The notes beneath the pieces are model-generated. The model did no database searches. It was not told the origin of the DNA and saw only the letters and a list, made by a program, of their open reading frames with translations. Position numbers and translations under genes: made by a program. Shown here piece by piece: positions 31,246-40,756 of a stretch of DNA of 64,000 nt (positions are counted from its first letter, which is position 1; the number at the start of each line of letters is the position of its first letter). The stretch comes from an uncultured Gemmatimonadaceae bacterium (lineage in GTDB: Bacteria > Gemmatimonadota > Gemmatimonadetes > Gemmatimonadales > Gemmatimonadaceae), in NCBI GenBank assembly GCA_963829055.1, contig CAWHHI010000016.1, positions 128,001 through 192,000 on the forward strand, in the 5' to 3' direction.

Positions 31246-32178
31246 TTAGGCTGAGGCCACCCCCAGGAACCGCAACGCGCCGCGGACCGCCCCGCGAACC
31301 GGCACGACTTCCTCGGCGCGAATCTGCGCGCCCGGGACAGCCGACTTGAGGCGGTGCTCCAACCGCTTTCGGAGCGCGGAGCCGCGAATCATCAACCCGC
31401 CCGCGAGTGCCACCGGAACCGCCGCGCGCTCGTCCACGAAGAGCTGACGGGCAAGCGTGCGAAGGTGGAGCATGAGCTCCTCCACCGAGAGCGTCAGCAG
31501 TGCGTTGGCTCGCAGGTCGCCTGAATCGGCCACGCTCATCACCACCGGTGCGAGCGTCGCCAGCGTGCTCGGTGTCGCGGCCGCAGCCCACGCGACGAGC
31601 TCGGACACGTCGTTCACTTCGGCCGCGGTCAGGACTGCGCCAGTGAGCGCCGTTTCGGGTTCTCGGCCGTCCGCCGCCGCTGTCACGACGCTCAGCGCCT
31701 TTCGTCCGATCCACGCCCCGCTGCCTTCGTCACCGAAGAACGGGCCCCACCCGCCGCAGCGCGCGAAGTTGCCGGTCGGGCCACGCCCGAACGCGACTGA
31801 TCCCGTGCCGGCGATCAGCAACACGCCAGGCCCTTCGCCGAACGCGTCGTCGAGCGCGACCGTCGCGTCGGCGTGAACCACCACCTCTTCGGCGACGTCG
31901 CGGCTCGCCAGTGCGCGCCAGAGCGCCTGACGCTCCGTGTCGCGACCGACGCCCGCCACGCCGATGCAGACGACTTTCGGTGTGACGTGATTCATGTCGC
32001 TGGCGGCCAGCGCATCGCGCACGAGTGCCGCGATCACATTGGCCGACCGCTCCGCCTCGCCGGGACGCACCGCACTGCCGGCGCCCTCCACGGACACGAT
32101 CTCGCGGCCTTGGTCATCCGCGACGAGCACACGCGTGCGCGTCCCGCCTCCGTCTACGCCGACGACGATGGCGCTCAT
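31246..32178 (-). CDS. BadF/BadG/BcrA/BcrD-type sugar kinase (GlcNAc/MurNAc kinase-like)
   Basis: GVDGGGTRT, LIAGTGS, GGWGPFFGDEGSGAWIG. Confidence 0.85.
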   Translation of the reverse strand: MSAIVVGVDGGGTRTRVLVADDQGREIVSVEGAGSAVRPGEAERSANVIAALVRDALAASDMNHVTPKVVCIGVAGVGRDTERQALWRALASRDVAEEVVVHADATVALDDAFGEGPGVLLIAGTGSVAFGRGPTGNFARCGGWGPFFGDEGSGAWIGRKALSVVTAAADGREPETALTGAVLTAAEVNDVSELVAWAAAATPSTLATLAPVVMSVADSGDLRANALLTLSVEELMLHLRTLARQLFVDERAAVPVALAGGLMIRGSALRKRLEHRLKSAVPGAQIRAEEVVPVRGAVRGALRFLGVASA

Positions 32179-33725
32179 GTACGCGCCTCGCTGGGCTGAA
32201 CGACAGTGGCGGGAGCCGCGTGCGTGAACGACGAGAGAATTCCAGTAGCCATTGTGAGTGTGGTTCCGATCAGAACGTACCAGGGCCAGGCAATGGACGC
32301 GAATGGTGCGAGCGGTTCGGCGAGTGCGGGAACCCACGTGCCGATCTGCCGAGCAAATACCACGAAGCTCATCGCGGCAATGCCGACGCTCATCCCGGTG
32401 ATCGCGTCGCGCTGGTTGGCGCGCGCCCAGAATACGCCGAGAAAAAACCCGCCGAGCAGTCCGCCGTACGTGAACGACGCGATGCCGAGCGCGACCACGA
32501 CGACCGGTGTGCCGTTCTCGCGGAACAGTAGCGCGCCTAACGTCAGAACGGTACCCCAGACGAGCGCGAAGAGCTTGCTCATGCGCAACGTCTCTGGTGA
32601 GTCGGCGGAACGCTTCGTCAGCGGCAGGTAGATGTCGTGCGTGGTTGCCGCGGCCAGCGAGTTGATTGCACCGGAGTGCGTGCTCATCGTCGCGGCAACG
32701 ACAGCGGCGATGATCAGCCCGACGAGTCCGGGCGGCATGCGCGCAATGATGAACGACGGAAAGATCTCGTCGGTGGTCGTGAAGGGGCGTCCCTGATAGA
32801 ACGCCCAGAGTCCCAGACCGATGACCAGGAAGAGCGTGAACTGCACGAATACGACGAGCCCACTGCCAATGATTGCCTTCTGCGCATCTTTGAGATTCCG
32901 CGCGGACAGCAACCGCTGCACGATGAGCTGATCGGTCCCGTGCGACGCCATCGCCAGGAACGCGCCGCCGATGAGACCCGCCCAGATGGTGTGGGCGCGA
33001 TCGAATCCCCAGTAGGTGTCGATCACGCGCAGTTTGCCCGCGGTGCTCGCCTGATCGACGATCGACGACCAGCCGCCAGTCACGGCGTGGCCGAGCAGCA
33101 CGATCGCGGACAATGCGCCAAGCAGGTAGATGCTCGCCTGCAGCAGCTCGGTCCACACGACCGCCTTCATGCCACCGCGGTACGTGTACAACACGGTGAG
33201 CGCGCCGAGGATGAGAATCGCGACGGGCATCACGAGCCCCTTGTTGCTAACGGTCGGGCTGATGATGAGCGCGATCGGAATGGCGGTCGCGAACACGCGC
33301 ACCGAATCGGCGAGTGCGCGCGTCACCATGAACACGATCGACGTGAAACGCCGCGCGCCAATACCGAACCGCTGCTCGAGCAAGGCGTAGGCGGTGACCA
33401 TCTTGCCCTTGAAGTACCGCGGCAGGAGGACAGTCGCGACGACGATGCGGCCAAGGATGTAGCCAGCGACGATCTGAAGGAATCCAAGATTCCCGGCGCC
33501 CGGCGCCGACCCGTAGGACAGTCCCGGTGTGCTGATGAATGTGAGCGCGCTCGTTTCCGTCGCCACGATCGACAGCATCAGTGCCCACCATGGGATGCTG
33601 TGGCTGGCGACGAAATAGTCCGTTGCGTTTTTCTGTTTGCGCCCGAGATACATCCCGAGCGCGGTGACGCCGGCGAGGTAGATGATGAGGACGAACGCGT
33701 CGAGCCAGGTGAAGGTGCTCGTCAC
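32175..33725 (-). CDS. Sodium:solute symporter
   Basis: SIVATETSALTFIS, GGMKAVVWTE, HGTDQLIVQR, AATMST. Confidence 0.9.
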   Translation of the reverse strand: MTSTFTWLDAFVLIIYLAGVTALGMYLGRKQKNATDYFVASHSIPWWALMLSIVATETSALTFISTPGLSYGSAPGAGNLGFLQIVAGYILGRIVVATVLLPRYFKGKMVTAYALLEQRFGIGARRFTSIVFMVTRALADSVRVFATAIPIALIISPTVSNKGLVMPVAILILGALTVLYTYRGGMKAVVWTELLQASIYLLGALSAIVLLGHAVTGGWSSIVDQASTAGKLRVIDTYWGFDRAHTIWAGLIGGAFLAMASHGTDQLIVQRLLSARNLKDAQKAIIGSGLVVFVQFTLFLVIGLGLWAFYQGRPFTTTDEIFPSFIIARMPPGLVGLIIAAVVAATMSTHSGAINSLAAATTHDIYLPLTKRSADSPETLRMSKLFALVWGTVLTLGALLFRENGTPVVVVALGIASFTYGGLLGGFFLGVFWARANQRDAITGMSVGIAAMSFVVFARQIGTWVPALAEPLAPFASIAWPWYVLIGTTLTMATGILSSFTHAAPATVVQPSEART

Positions 33726-33764
33726 GCGCCGACCTCGTGGTCGGCGAAGGCGCTCGAGTGGGCG

Positions 33765-35771
33765 TCAGGCAACGACATACGCCTCCATCGCGAAGTACTC
33801 CGCGAGACCGAGCCGGTCGAGCGTGGCCGCCGTGTCCTTGTTGCGCTGTTCGACGCGCTGCCAGAATTCGCGCTCATCCTGCCCGGGGAAGGGTGCCGAG
33901 TCTTTCTGGGACTGATGCTTGAAGATCGCCTGGATCTTGAGTCGCAACTCCTCCTGCGACATGGGAACGAGGTACGTCGCGTCCGTGACCGGCCATTCCT
34001 GCCACGCGCCGCGATAGAGCCAGACCTCGGGGCCTGGGCCGCGCGGACCTGGATCGGTAGCTCGCCGCTGCTGGGTTGTCGCCGCGTCGGCTGCGGGTTC
34101 CCGGTTTCCCGTTCCCGCTCGACGAAGCTCGTCCAAGGCTCCGTCGATGGCCTCCTTGCACATTCGGTGAGTGCCGTGCGGATCGGAGAGGTCGCCGGCG
34201 ACGAAGATGATGTCCGGGTCGATCTCTTCGAGCAGCGCGCGCACGATCGCCACATCCGGCGGGCCGATCGGATCCTTCGCCACCTTTCCCGTCTGGTAGA
34301 ACGGCAGGTTGAGGAACCTCGCATGTTCCCGCGTTAGGCCCATGACCTCCAGTCCGCTCACCGCTTCCGCCTCGCGGATCACGCGCTTGATGTCCTGAAT
34401 CTCCGGAATGTCGACGTCGCCGGCGCGCTTGTCGCGCAGGAAGTCGTGCACCTTCTTCGCCAACGCACCGACTGCGTCCGCATCGACCTTGCCTTCGGCG
34501 GCAAGTCGCTCGAGGAAGTCCACGTAGCGCCGCACGTCGTGATCGAACACGGCGATGTTGCCGCTCGTCATGTAGGCGACGGTAATGTGATTCTCGTTCT
34601 CGACGAGCTTCCGAAGGATGCCGCCCATCGAGATGACGTCGTCGTCCGGATGCGGCGAGAAGCAGATGATGCGCTTCTCGCGCGGCAGTTTGCTCTTGCC
34701 GCGGATCTTCGCTCCGAGTGTGTTGAAGACCTCGCCGTTCACGGCGCCCGGCGTGCCGTAGCGCGCGACGAGCGACGACATCTTGTGTTCCGCGTAATCG
34801 CGCTGCGTGAGCTTGAGGATGCCGCGGCCCACTGTCGTGGACAGCCAGACGACTCCGCGTACCGTCAGAGCGGGCGTCCAGTCCACCTGGTCGAGGAGCC
34901 AGGGAGTCGCGATGCGCGTGAGGTCGGCGCCGGCCGCACGGTCGACGTAGAACGTCGTGTTGCCGTGGCCCTGCAGGAACGTGGCGGCAACCTCGACGTC
35001 GGTCTCTCCCTCCACCGCGCGCCTAACGACTGGTGCCTTGTGCTCGCCGGTCGCGAGAATGGCGATCTCACGGGCTTCGAGAATCGTCGCGATGCCCATG
35101 GTCAGCGCTTCGCGTGGCACGAAGTCCTCGCCGAAGAAATCGGCGGCGGCATCGCGACGAGTGATGGCGTCGAGCATCACGAGCCGCGTTCGGCTCTCGA
35201 CGCCCGACCCGGGCTCGTTGAAGCCGATGTGGCCCGTCTTGCCGATGCCGAGAATCTGGAAGTCGATCCCACCCGCCCGAGCGATCGAGTCCTCATAGCG
35301 ACGACACTCATCATCGACGTCCTCGCGCGCGACGTCGCCGCGTGGCACGTAGACGTTGCGGGGGTCGATATCGATGTGCGAGAACAGATTCTCCCACATG
35401 AAGCGCCTGTAGGAGTGGATGCTGTCCGGGCGCATGGGGTAGTACTCGTCGAGGTTGAACGAGACCACTCCTTCGAAGCTCAGCCCCTCTTCGCGATGCA
35501 TGCGAATCAGCTCGCGGTACACACCGATGGGGGTCGAGCCGGTCGCGAGGCCGAGCACGGTGCGCTCACCCGCCGCCTGCTTCTCCGTGATCAGCGTCGC
35601 GATGCGATTGGCGACGAGCCGAGCGATGTGCTGGTGGTCGTCGACGACGATCGTGCGGATCTTCTCGAGGGACGACGCTGCCGGGTGCGCTAAACGAGAA
35701 GGCCCGCGACTCGTGGAAGGATCGCGGGCCTCGCTCGAAACGCCGGCGTCCAGATGGGCAACCGGACTCAC
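33765..35771 (-). CDS. nagB: Glucosamine-6-phosphate deaminase fused to a PIG-L/LmbE-like domain
   Basis: GLATGSTP, FNLDEYY, GHIGFNEPG; then FSPHPDDD, DPHGTH, HQSQKD. Confidence 0.9.
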   Translation of the reverse strand: MSPVAHLDAGVSSEARDPSTSRGPSRLAHPAASSLEKIRTIVVDDHQHIARLVANRIATLITEKQAAGERTVLGLATGSTPIGVYRELIRMHREEGLSFEGVVSFNLDEYYPMRPDSIHSYRRFMWENLFSHIDIDPRNVYVPRGDVAREDVDDECRRYEDSIARAGGIDFQILGIGKTGHIGFNEPGSGVESRTRLVMLDAITRRDAAADFFGEDFVPREALTMGIATILEAREIAILATGEHKAPVVRRAVEGETDVEVAATFLQGHGNTTFYVDRAAGADLTRIATPWLLDQVDWTPALTVRGVVWLSTTVGRGILKLTQRDYAEHKMSSLVARYGTPGAVNGEVFNTLGAKIRGKSKLPREKRIICFSPHPDDDVISMGGILRKLVENENHITVAYMTSGNIAVFDHDVRRYVDFLERLAAEGKVDADAVGALAKKVHDFLRDKRAGDVDIPEIQDIKRVIREAEAVSGLEVMGLTREHARFLNLPFYQTGKVAKDPIGPPDVAIVRALLEEIDPDIIFVAGDLSDPHGTHRMCKEAIDGALDELRRAGTGNREPAADAATTQQRRATDPGPRGPGPEVWLYRGAWQEWPVTDATYLVPMSQEELRLKIQAIFKHQSQKDSAPFPGQDEREFWQRVEQRNKDTAATLDRLGLAEYFAMEAYVVA

Positions 35772-35786
35772 GCTGGATTTACCTCG

Positions 35787-36143
35787 TCACGCGTTGAACG
35801 AGCTGCCGCACCCGCAGCCGCCCGTGGCGTTCGGATTCTTGAAGGTGAAACCCGAGCCCTGCATCGACGAGACGTAATCGATCGTGACGCCGCTCAGATA
35901 CTGGGCAGAGAACGGATCGACGAACACGCGGAAACCGCTCATGTCGACGACGAAATCATCGTCCGCGGCCTGATCCTCGATCAGCAGGCCGTACTTGAAT
36001 CCGCTACAGCCGCCCGGCTGAACGCTGACGCGCAGGCCGCCCTTCTCGGCAGGCACGCCCTCGGCGTCCATGAACCGCAGGACCTCGGTGGCAGCCACCG
36101 GTGTCACCACGATTGCCAGGGTTGGCTCCTGAATCGTGCTCAT
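35787..36143 (-). CDS. iscA: HesB/IscA/ErpA A-type Fe-S carrier
   Basis: GGCSG and NPNATGGCGCGSSF; GGAGG RBS. Confidence 0.9.
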   Translation of the reverse strand: MSTIQEPTLAIVVTPVAATEVLRFMDAEGVPAEKGGLRVSVQPGGCSGFKYGLLIEDQAADDDFVVDMSGFRVFVDPFSAQYLSGVTIDYVSSMQGSGFTFKNPNATGGCGCGSSFNA

Positions 36144-36289
36144 TGACAACCTCCTCACTGTTAGCGCGGCCGCGCGGCCAAGTGCTCACGCTGCCGGTAC
36201 GCCGCAAATATAGCCAGCACAAAACGGTCCAACAAGCAGCTTAACGCTGGAGCGACAACCCGTTAGACGCTGCCAACGCCATCCTCCGA

Positions 36290-38101
36290 TCAATCGGCCG
36301 GAACCGCTGTCGCCGACTCCGGGACTGCCTCATCTGCCATGCGGTCACTGCGAAACGACCGCGCGATCCAGGCGAAAGCCGCAGCCGCTATCGCAAGCAG
36401 TCCGATTCCGGCCCCCAACTGTCCGAACACGAGCTTGCCGAGGCCGAATAACGTGGCGTACACCGCGATGACGCCGGCGATCCAGTTCGTCCATGCGAGC
36501 GCACCGCCGGGTATCGACTCGCGGCCATAGCCTAGCCGTTCCGAGACCGCGCGCCACCCGGGACCACCCGGCCGCACCCGCCGATAAAAAGAATCGAGTG
36601 TCGCTGCCGGTTCGGGGCTGGTGAGGAACGTCGTGGCCACCCAGGCAACGGTCGTCACCGCAACGGTGCTGATCATGACCCAGGCCGTCGCGTTAGGGTC
36701 GCCGGCCGGGAAACGCGGCGGGATGAGGCGCATGAACACGAGCGACCCGAGGAACGACACGACCATCGCGCTGATCTCGCTCCAGGCGTTGATGCGCCAC
36801 CAGTACCACCGGAGAATCAGCACCAGACCCGTGCCTGCACCCATGGCGAGCAGGAACTCCCATGCTTTCTCCACCGACGTGAGCTGCGACGTCACACCGA
36901 TGGACGCCAGGAATAGCGCGACCGTCGCTGTGCGACCGACGTTCACGTAGTGCTTCTGCGTCGCGTCCTTCCGGATGAAGCGCTTGTAGAAGTCGTTGAC
37001 GAGGTACGACGCTCCCCAGTTGAGATGCGTACCGATCGTCGACATGTACGCCGCGGCGAATCCGGCGAGCATGAAGCCCCGCCACGGCGTGGGCAGCAGA
37101 TCCACGAACGCGTGCACGTAGCCGGCTTCCTTGTCCTGCAGCGTGGGGTAGAGAATCACCGTCGCGAGACCGGTGATGATCCACGGCCACGGGCGCAGGG
37201 CATAGTGTGCAACCTGGAAGAAGAGCGTCGCGAGGACGCCGTCGCGCTCCGTCTTCGCCGAGAAGATGCGCTGGGCGACGTAGCCGCCACCGCCTGGCTC
37301 CGCGCCGGGGTAATAGGCGGCCCACCACTGCATGGACAGGAACACCGAGAGCGCCAGCAGCGGCATCCAGGCATACGCCTCGAGCCCGTTAGGCGTCACA
37401 CGCACGGGCAACACGGAAATCGCGGCGGTCTCGCTGCCGAAGTGCTTCGTGACCCCGGCGATCAGCGCGTCCATGCCGCCCACCGCCTTCACGGAGTAGA
37501 TCGCCAGCACGATCACCGCCGACATCTTGATCACGAACTGAATGAGGTCAGTCCAGAGCACGGCCCACAGTCCGGCCGCTGACGAATAGGCGACCGTGAT
37601 GACGAAGCAGATCCCGACCGCCACGAATGGCGAGATACCTAACGAGATCGTCAGGATCTTGATCATCGCTCTCGTCACCCAACCCATGATGATGAGGTTG
37701 ATGGCGATGCCGAGGTAGAGTGCGCGGAACCCGCGCAGAAACGCCGCCGGCCGGCCGCTGTATCGGATCTCGGCGAACTCGACATCCGTCATGACGCGCG
37801 CTCGGCGCCACAGCCGCGCGAAGAAGAACACGGTGAGCATCCCGCTCATTACCATGTTCCACCACAGCCAGTTGCCGGCGACGCCCTTGGTGGCGACGAG
37901 CCCCGTGACGACCAGCGGAGTGTCCGCGGCGAACGTCGTCGCGACCATGGCCGCGCCCGCGAGCCACCAGGGCACCTGCCGCCCGGAAAGAAAATATTCC
38001 TCGAGGCTCTCACCCCCTCGCTTCGTGAAGATGAAGCCGATGACGGTCGAGAGCGCGAAGTAGCCGACGACAATGGCCCAATCGATCGCAGTGATGTTCA
38101 T
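36290..38101 (-). CDS. Sodium:solute symporter
   Basis: MVATTFAADTP, GLWAVLWTD, GGYVAQR, AAYMST. Confidence 0.9.
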   Translation of the reverse strand: MNITAIDWAIVVGYFALSTVIGFIFTKRGGESLEEYFLSGRQVPWWLAGAAMVATTFAADTPLVVTGLVATKGVAGNWLWWNMVMSGMLTVFFFARLWRRARVMTDVEFAEIRYSGRPAAFLRGFRALYLGIAINLIIMGWVTRAMIKILTISLGISPFVAVGICFVITVAYSSAAGLWAVLWTDLIQFVIKMSAVIVLAIYSVKAVGGMDALIAGVTKHFGSETAAISVLPVRVTPNGLEAYAWMPLLALSVFLSMQWWAAYYPGAEPGGGGYVAQRIFSAKTERDGVLATLFFQVAHYALRPWPWIITGLATVILYPTLQDKEAGYVHAFVDLLPTPWRGFMLAGFAAAYMSTIGTHLNWGASYLVNDFYKRFIRKDATQKHYVNVGRTATVALFLASIGVTSQLTSVEKAWEFLLAMGAGTGLVLILRWYWWRINAWSEISAMVVSFLGSLVFMRLIPPRFPAGDPNATAWVMISTVAVTTVAWVATTFLTSPEPAATLDSFYRRVRPGGPGWRAVSERLGYGRESIPGGALAWTNWIAGVIAVYATLFGLGKLVFGQLGAGIGLLAIAAAAFAWIARSFRSDRMADEAVPESATAVPAD

Positions 38102-39327
38102 CGAGGGGAAGGTGATGACGGTGAAGAGGGCGCGCTTTGATCCAGAACGCGAACGACGAGGTCAGCGAGCGCGACGCGCACGCCGCCGATGCGAAGGTTC
38201 TGGCGCGTGGGATTCACGCGGTTCGTCAGGAGGATAACGAACAGATCACGCGACGGGTCTACCCAGATGGACGTTCCAGTGAATCCGGTGTGCCCGAAGG
38301 CCGGGCGCTTGAGCAGGTGTCCGGCCGAGTTCGTGCCGTTAGGCGTCTCCCACCCGAGCGCGCGGTTCGACAGTGCCGAATCCTGCACGGTGGTGAAGCG
38401 CCGAATGGATTCGGCCGACACGATGCGGACGCCGTCGAGCGTTCCGCCGTTCAGGTACATGCGGGTCAGCCGCGCGACGTCATGGCCCGTGCTGAAGAGT
38501 CCAGCGTGCCCCGACACGCCGCCAAGGGCGAACGCATTCTCGTCGTGGACCTCGCCGCGGATCTGCCGCTGGCGCCAGGGGTCGAATTCCGTTGGCGCAA
38601 TGCGCGGCAGCAGGTCCTTGCCGGGCCGATACCGCGTGGACGTCATTCCGAGCGGGCCGAATACGTGGCGGGTCAGATACTCGTCGAGCTGTTCGCCCGA
38701 CACGCGCTCGACGACCTGCCCTAGAATGATCGCGCCGAGATCGCTGTAGACCATGCGCACGCCAGGCAGCGTGTCGAGGGCGGTCGCGACCGCGAGTGCG
38801 CGCGCCTCCGTGGGCGTCGTCGTTTCCTTGTACAGCGGACGCCATCCGGGCAGCCCGGACGAATGTGTCAGCAGATGCCTAACAGTGACGCGCTCCTTGC
38901 CGGGTCCTCGAAACTCCGGGAGATACCGCTGGACGGGGGCGTCCAGCTCGACCTTTCCTGCTTCCGTCAGTTGCATCATGGCGGACGTCATCCCGACCAC
39001 CTTGGTCAGGGACGCCATGTCCCAGAGCGTGTTCTCGTCAGGACGAGGCGACGCGGCCCAGTCCAGCGATCCGGCGCCGTACTCGACCAGCACGCCTTCG
39101 TGGTTCCCGATAACAGCGAAGGCGCCGGGGAACGCACTATCGGCTCTCGCACGATCGAGCAGCGCCTGCACCGAGTCGCGAAGCGACGCGATCGTGGCCA
39201 CGCTTGGCTTGGGGTGGCGCGCCGCCGGGCCTGGATCGGGGGCTTGGGCGTTCGTGAGGGTCGCTGCGTTCGCCGTGCAGCCGGCTGCAGCCATGACGGC
39301 TACCAGTGCCCAGTTACGCGAAGTCAT
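38098..39327 (-). CDS. Beta-lactamase-fold serine hydrolase lipoprotein (AmiE/YbbE-like)
   Basis: Lipobox AAGC, SLTK (SxxK), YSD, GEVHDENA, GHAGLFST, GHTGFTGT. Confidence 0.85.
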   Translation of the reverse strand: MTSRNWALVAVMAAAGCTANAATLTNAQAPDPGPAARHPKPSVATIASLRDSVQALLDRARADSAFPGAFAVIGNHEGVLVEYGAGSLDWAASPRPDENTLWDMASLTKVVGMTSAMMQLTEAGKVELDAPVQRYLPEFRGPGKERVTVRHLLTHSSGLPGWRPLYKETTTPTEARALAVATALDTLPGVRMVYSDLGAIILGQVVERVSGEQLDEYLTRHVFGPLGMTSTRYRPGKDLLPRIAPTEFDPWRQRQIRGEVHDENAFALGGVSGHAGLFSTGHDVARLTRMYLNGGTLDGVRIVSAESIRRFTTVQDSALSNRALGWETPNGTNSAGHLLKRPAFGHTGFTGTSIWVDPSRDLFVILLTNRVNPTRQNLRIGGVRVALADLVVRVLDQSAPSSPSSPSPR

Positions 39328-39458
39328 CACCGAGGGCTGAAGTTGGCAGGACGATCTGGCAGTCGGGACTGGATCGCCGTAAAGTGCCCAGCGCGCACAC
39401 GTCTTGCAAATTCGTAGCGGCTGAGGCCGACTCTTCGCACCAACGTTTGGAGGCAATC

Positions 39459-39794
39459 ATGAAAGGTTTGCTGGCGGGATTGTTGTTTGCGGTGGCCGCT
39501 GCGTGCGGTGGCCGCCAGGTAAAAGTCGAGACAGCCCCGAAGCCCGCCGGGCCCGCGGCCGTGGTCGTGCATTTCACCAACAGTGACAACAGCGCCGTCA
39601 ACGTGTACGTCGTCAATGGCGGTAGTGACCTGTTTCTCAAGCAGGTGGCCGCAAACAGCACAGAGGACCTGTCCGTCGCCGGCATCGCCTCCGGAACGCA
39701 GGCTCGGCTCAAAGCCACGCGGACAGACGGGAGCAAGACGTACACGAGTGACCCGATGGCGCTCAGCGCCACGACGACATGGCGGGTGCCCTGA
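39459..39794 (+). CDS. Small hypothetical lipoprotein
   Basis: GGAGG RBS; signal MKGLLAGLLFAVAAAC. Confidence 0.7.
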   Translation: MKGLLAGLLFAVAAACGGRQVKVETAPKPAGPAAVVVHFTNSDNSAVNVYVVNGGSDLFLKQVAANSTEDLSVAGIASGTQARLKATRTDGSKTYTSDPMALSATTTWRVP

Positions 39795-39978
39795 ATCGCC
39801 GCTGGCCTGAGCACTAGGTAAGGGTTGTGACAACGACCTGAATCTCTTTAACTTTGCGGGGCTTGGACCACGCCAGGCCCCGGGTCGCCTGGGAGCCGCA
39901 ATCATGGGTCGCAGGCGCGTGCGCCGGGGCGGCCGTAGCCCGGTTCTGCATACACGGCCCACCCTCTACCCGCGCGGC

Positions 39979-40734
39979 ATGAAGATCCTCTGGGAATGGA
40001 TTCAACGGGGATATCTGCGGGTCATTGAGCCCGTCGCCGACTTCTTCGTTCGCAAGCGGGTCAATCCAAACACCATCACGACCGTCGGCACGCTGTGCTC
40101 CATTGCCGCCGGCGTCATCTACGCGACCGGCCACATCAAGACGGCCGGGTGGGTCCTGGGACTCACGGCGCTCTTCGATGTCCTCGACGGGACGGTTGCC
40201 CGACGGACCGGCCGTTCCACCGTGTTCGGCGCCTTCTACGATTCGACGCTCGACCGCGTTGCCGACGGTGCCGTGCTCGGCGGCCTCGCGATCTTCTTCG
40301 CCCGGAACCACATCCATCACCTCATTCCCTCGTGGGCCGGCACTCCAATGGTCGGGGTCATCCTGCTTGGCATCATCGGTACGTTTCTCACGTCGTACAC
40401 TCGAGCTCGCGCCGAGTCGCTGGGCATTGATGCCAAGGTCGGCATCATGCAGCGCCCAGAGCGCGTAACGTTGCTCTCGGCGCCGCAGGCCTTCTTCGGG
40501 CTCGTGTTCAACGGCTGGGTTCTCATCGCCATCGTGCTGCTGCTGTCGGTCACCGCTTGGATCACGGCGATCCAGCGCATCGTCTTCGTGTACCACGCCA
40601 CCAAATCCCTCCCGCTGGAGCAGCTCGAGTCAATGCGCGAGGTGCCGCGTTTCACGCCGGATCAATCGCAGCCGCCGATTGCCGGTGAACAGAACCGCCC
40701 GCGCCCCACACTCGGCGAAGCCGCCCCGCGTTGA
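39979..40734 (+). CDS. pgsA: CDP-alcohol phosphatidyltransferase, phosphatidylinositol-phosphate synthase-like
   Basis: PNTITT, DVLDGTVAR...GAFYDSTLDRVAD, SYTRARAE, QRPER. Confidence 0.85.
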   Translation: MKILWEWIQRGYLRVIEPVADFFVRKRVNPNTITTVGTLCSIAAGVIYATGHIKTAGWVLGLTALFDVLDGTVARRTGRSTVFGAFYDSTLDRVADGAVLGGLAIFFARNHIHHLIPSWAGTPMVGVILLGIIGTFLTSYTRARAESLGIDAKVGIMQRPERVTLLSAPQAFFGLVFNGWVLIAIVLLLSVTAWITAIQRIVFVYHATKSLPLEQLESMREVPRFTPDQSQPPIAGEQNRPRPTLGEAAPR

Positions 40735-40756
40735 GCTCGACCAGGAGACATTCTTC

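Noticed and set aside
32637..35693. Long + strand ORFs (566 aa, 415 aa) and similar shadow ORFs elsewhere
   Set aside because: Antisense or alternate-frame shadows of well-supported genes, expected at high GC; Arg-rich with no motifs.
36227..36268. GTCCAAC...GTTAGAC attC-like pair in the iscA upstream gap
   Set aside because: Only 42 bp, no paired L boxes, single occurrence.
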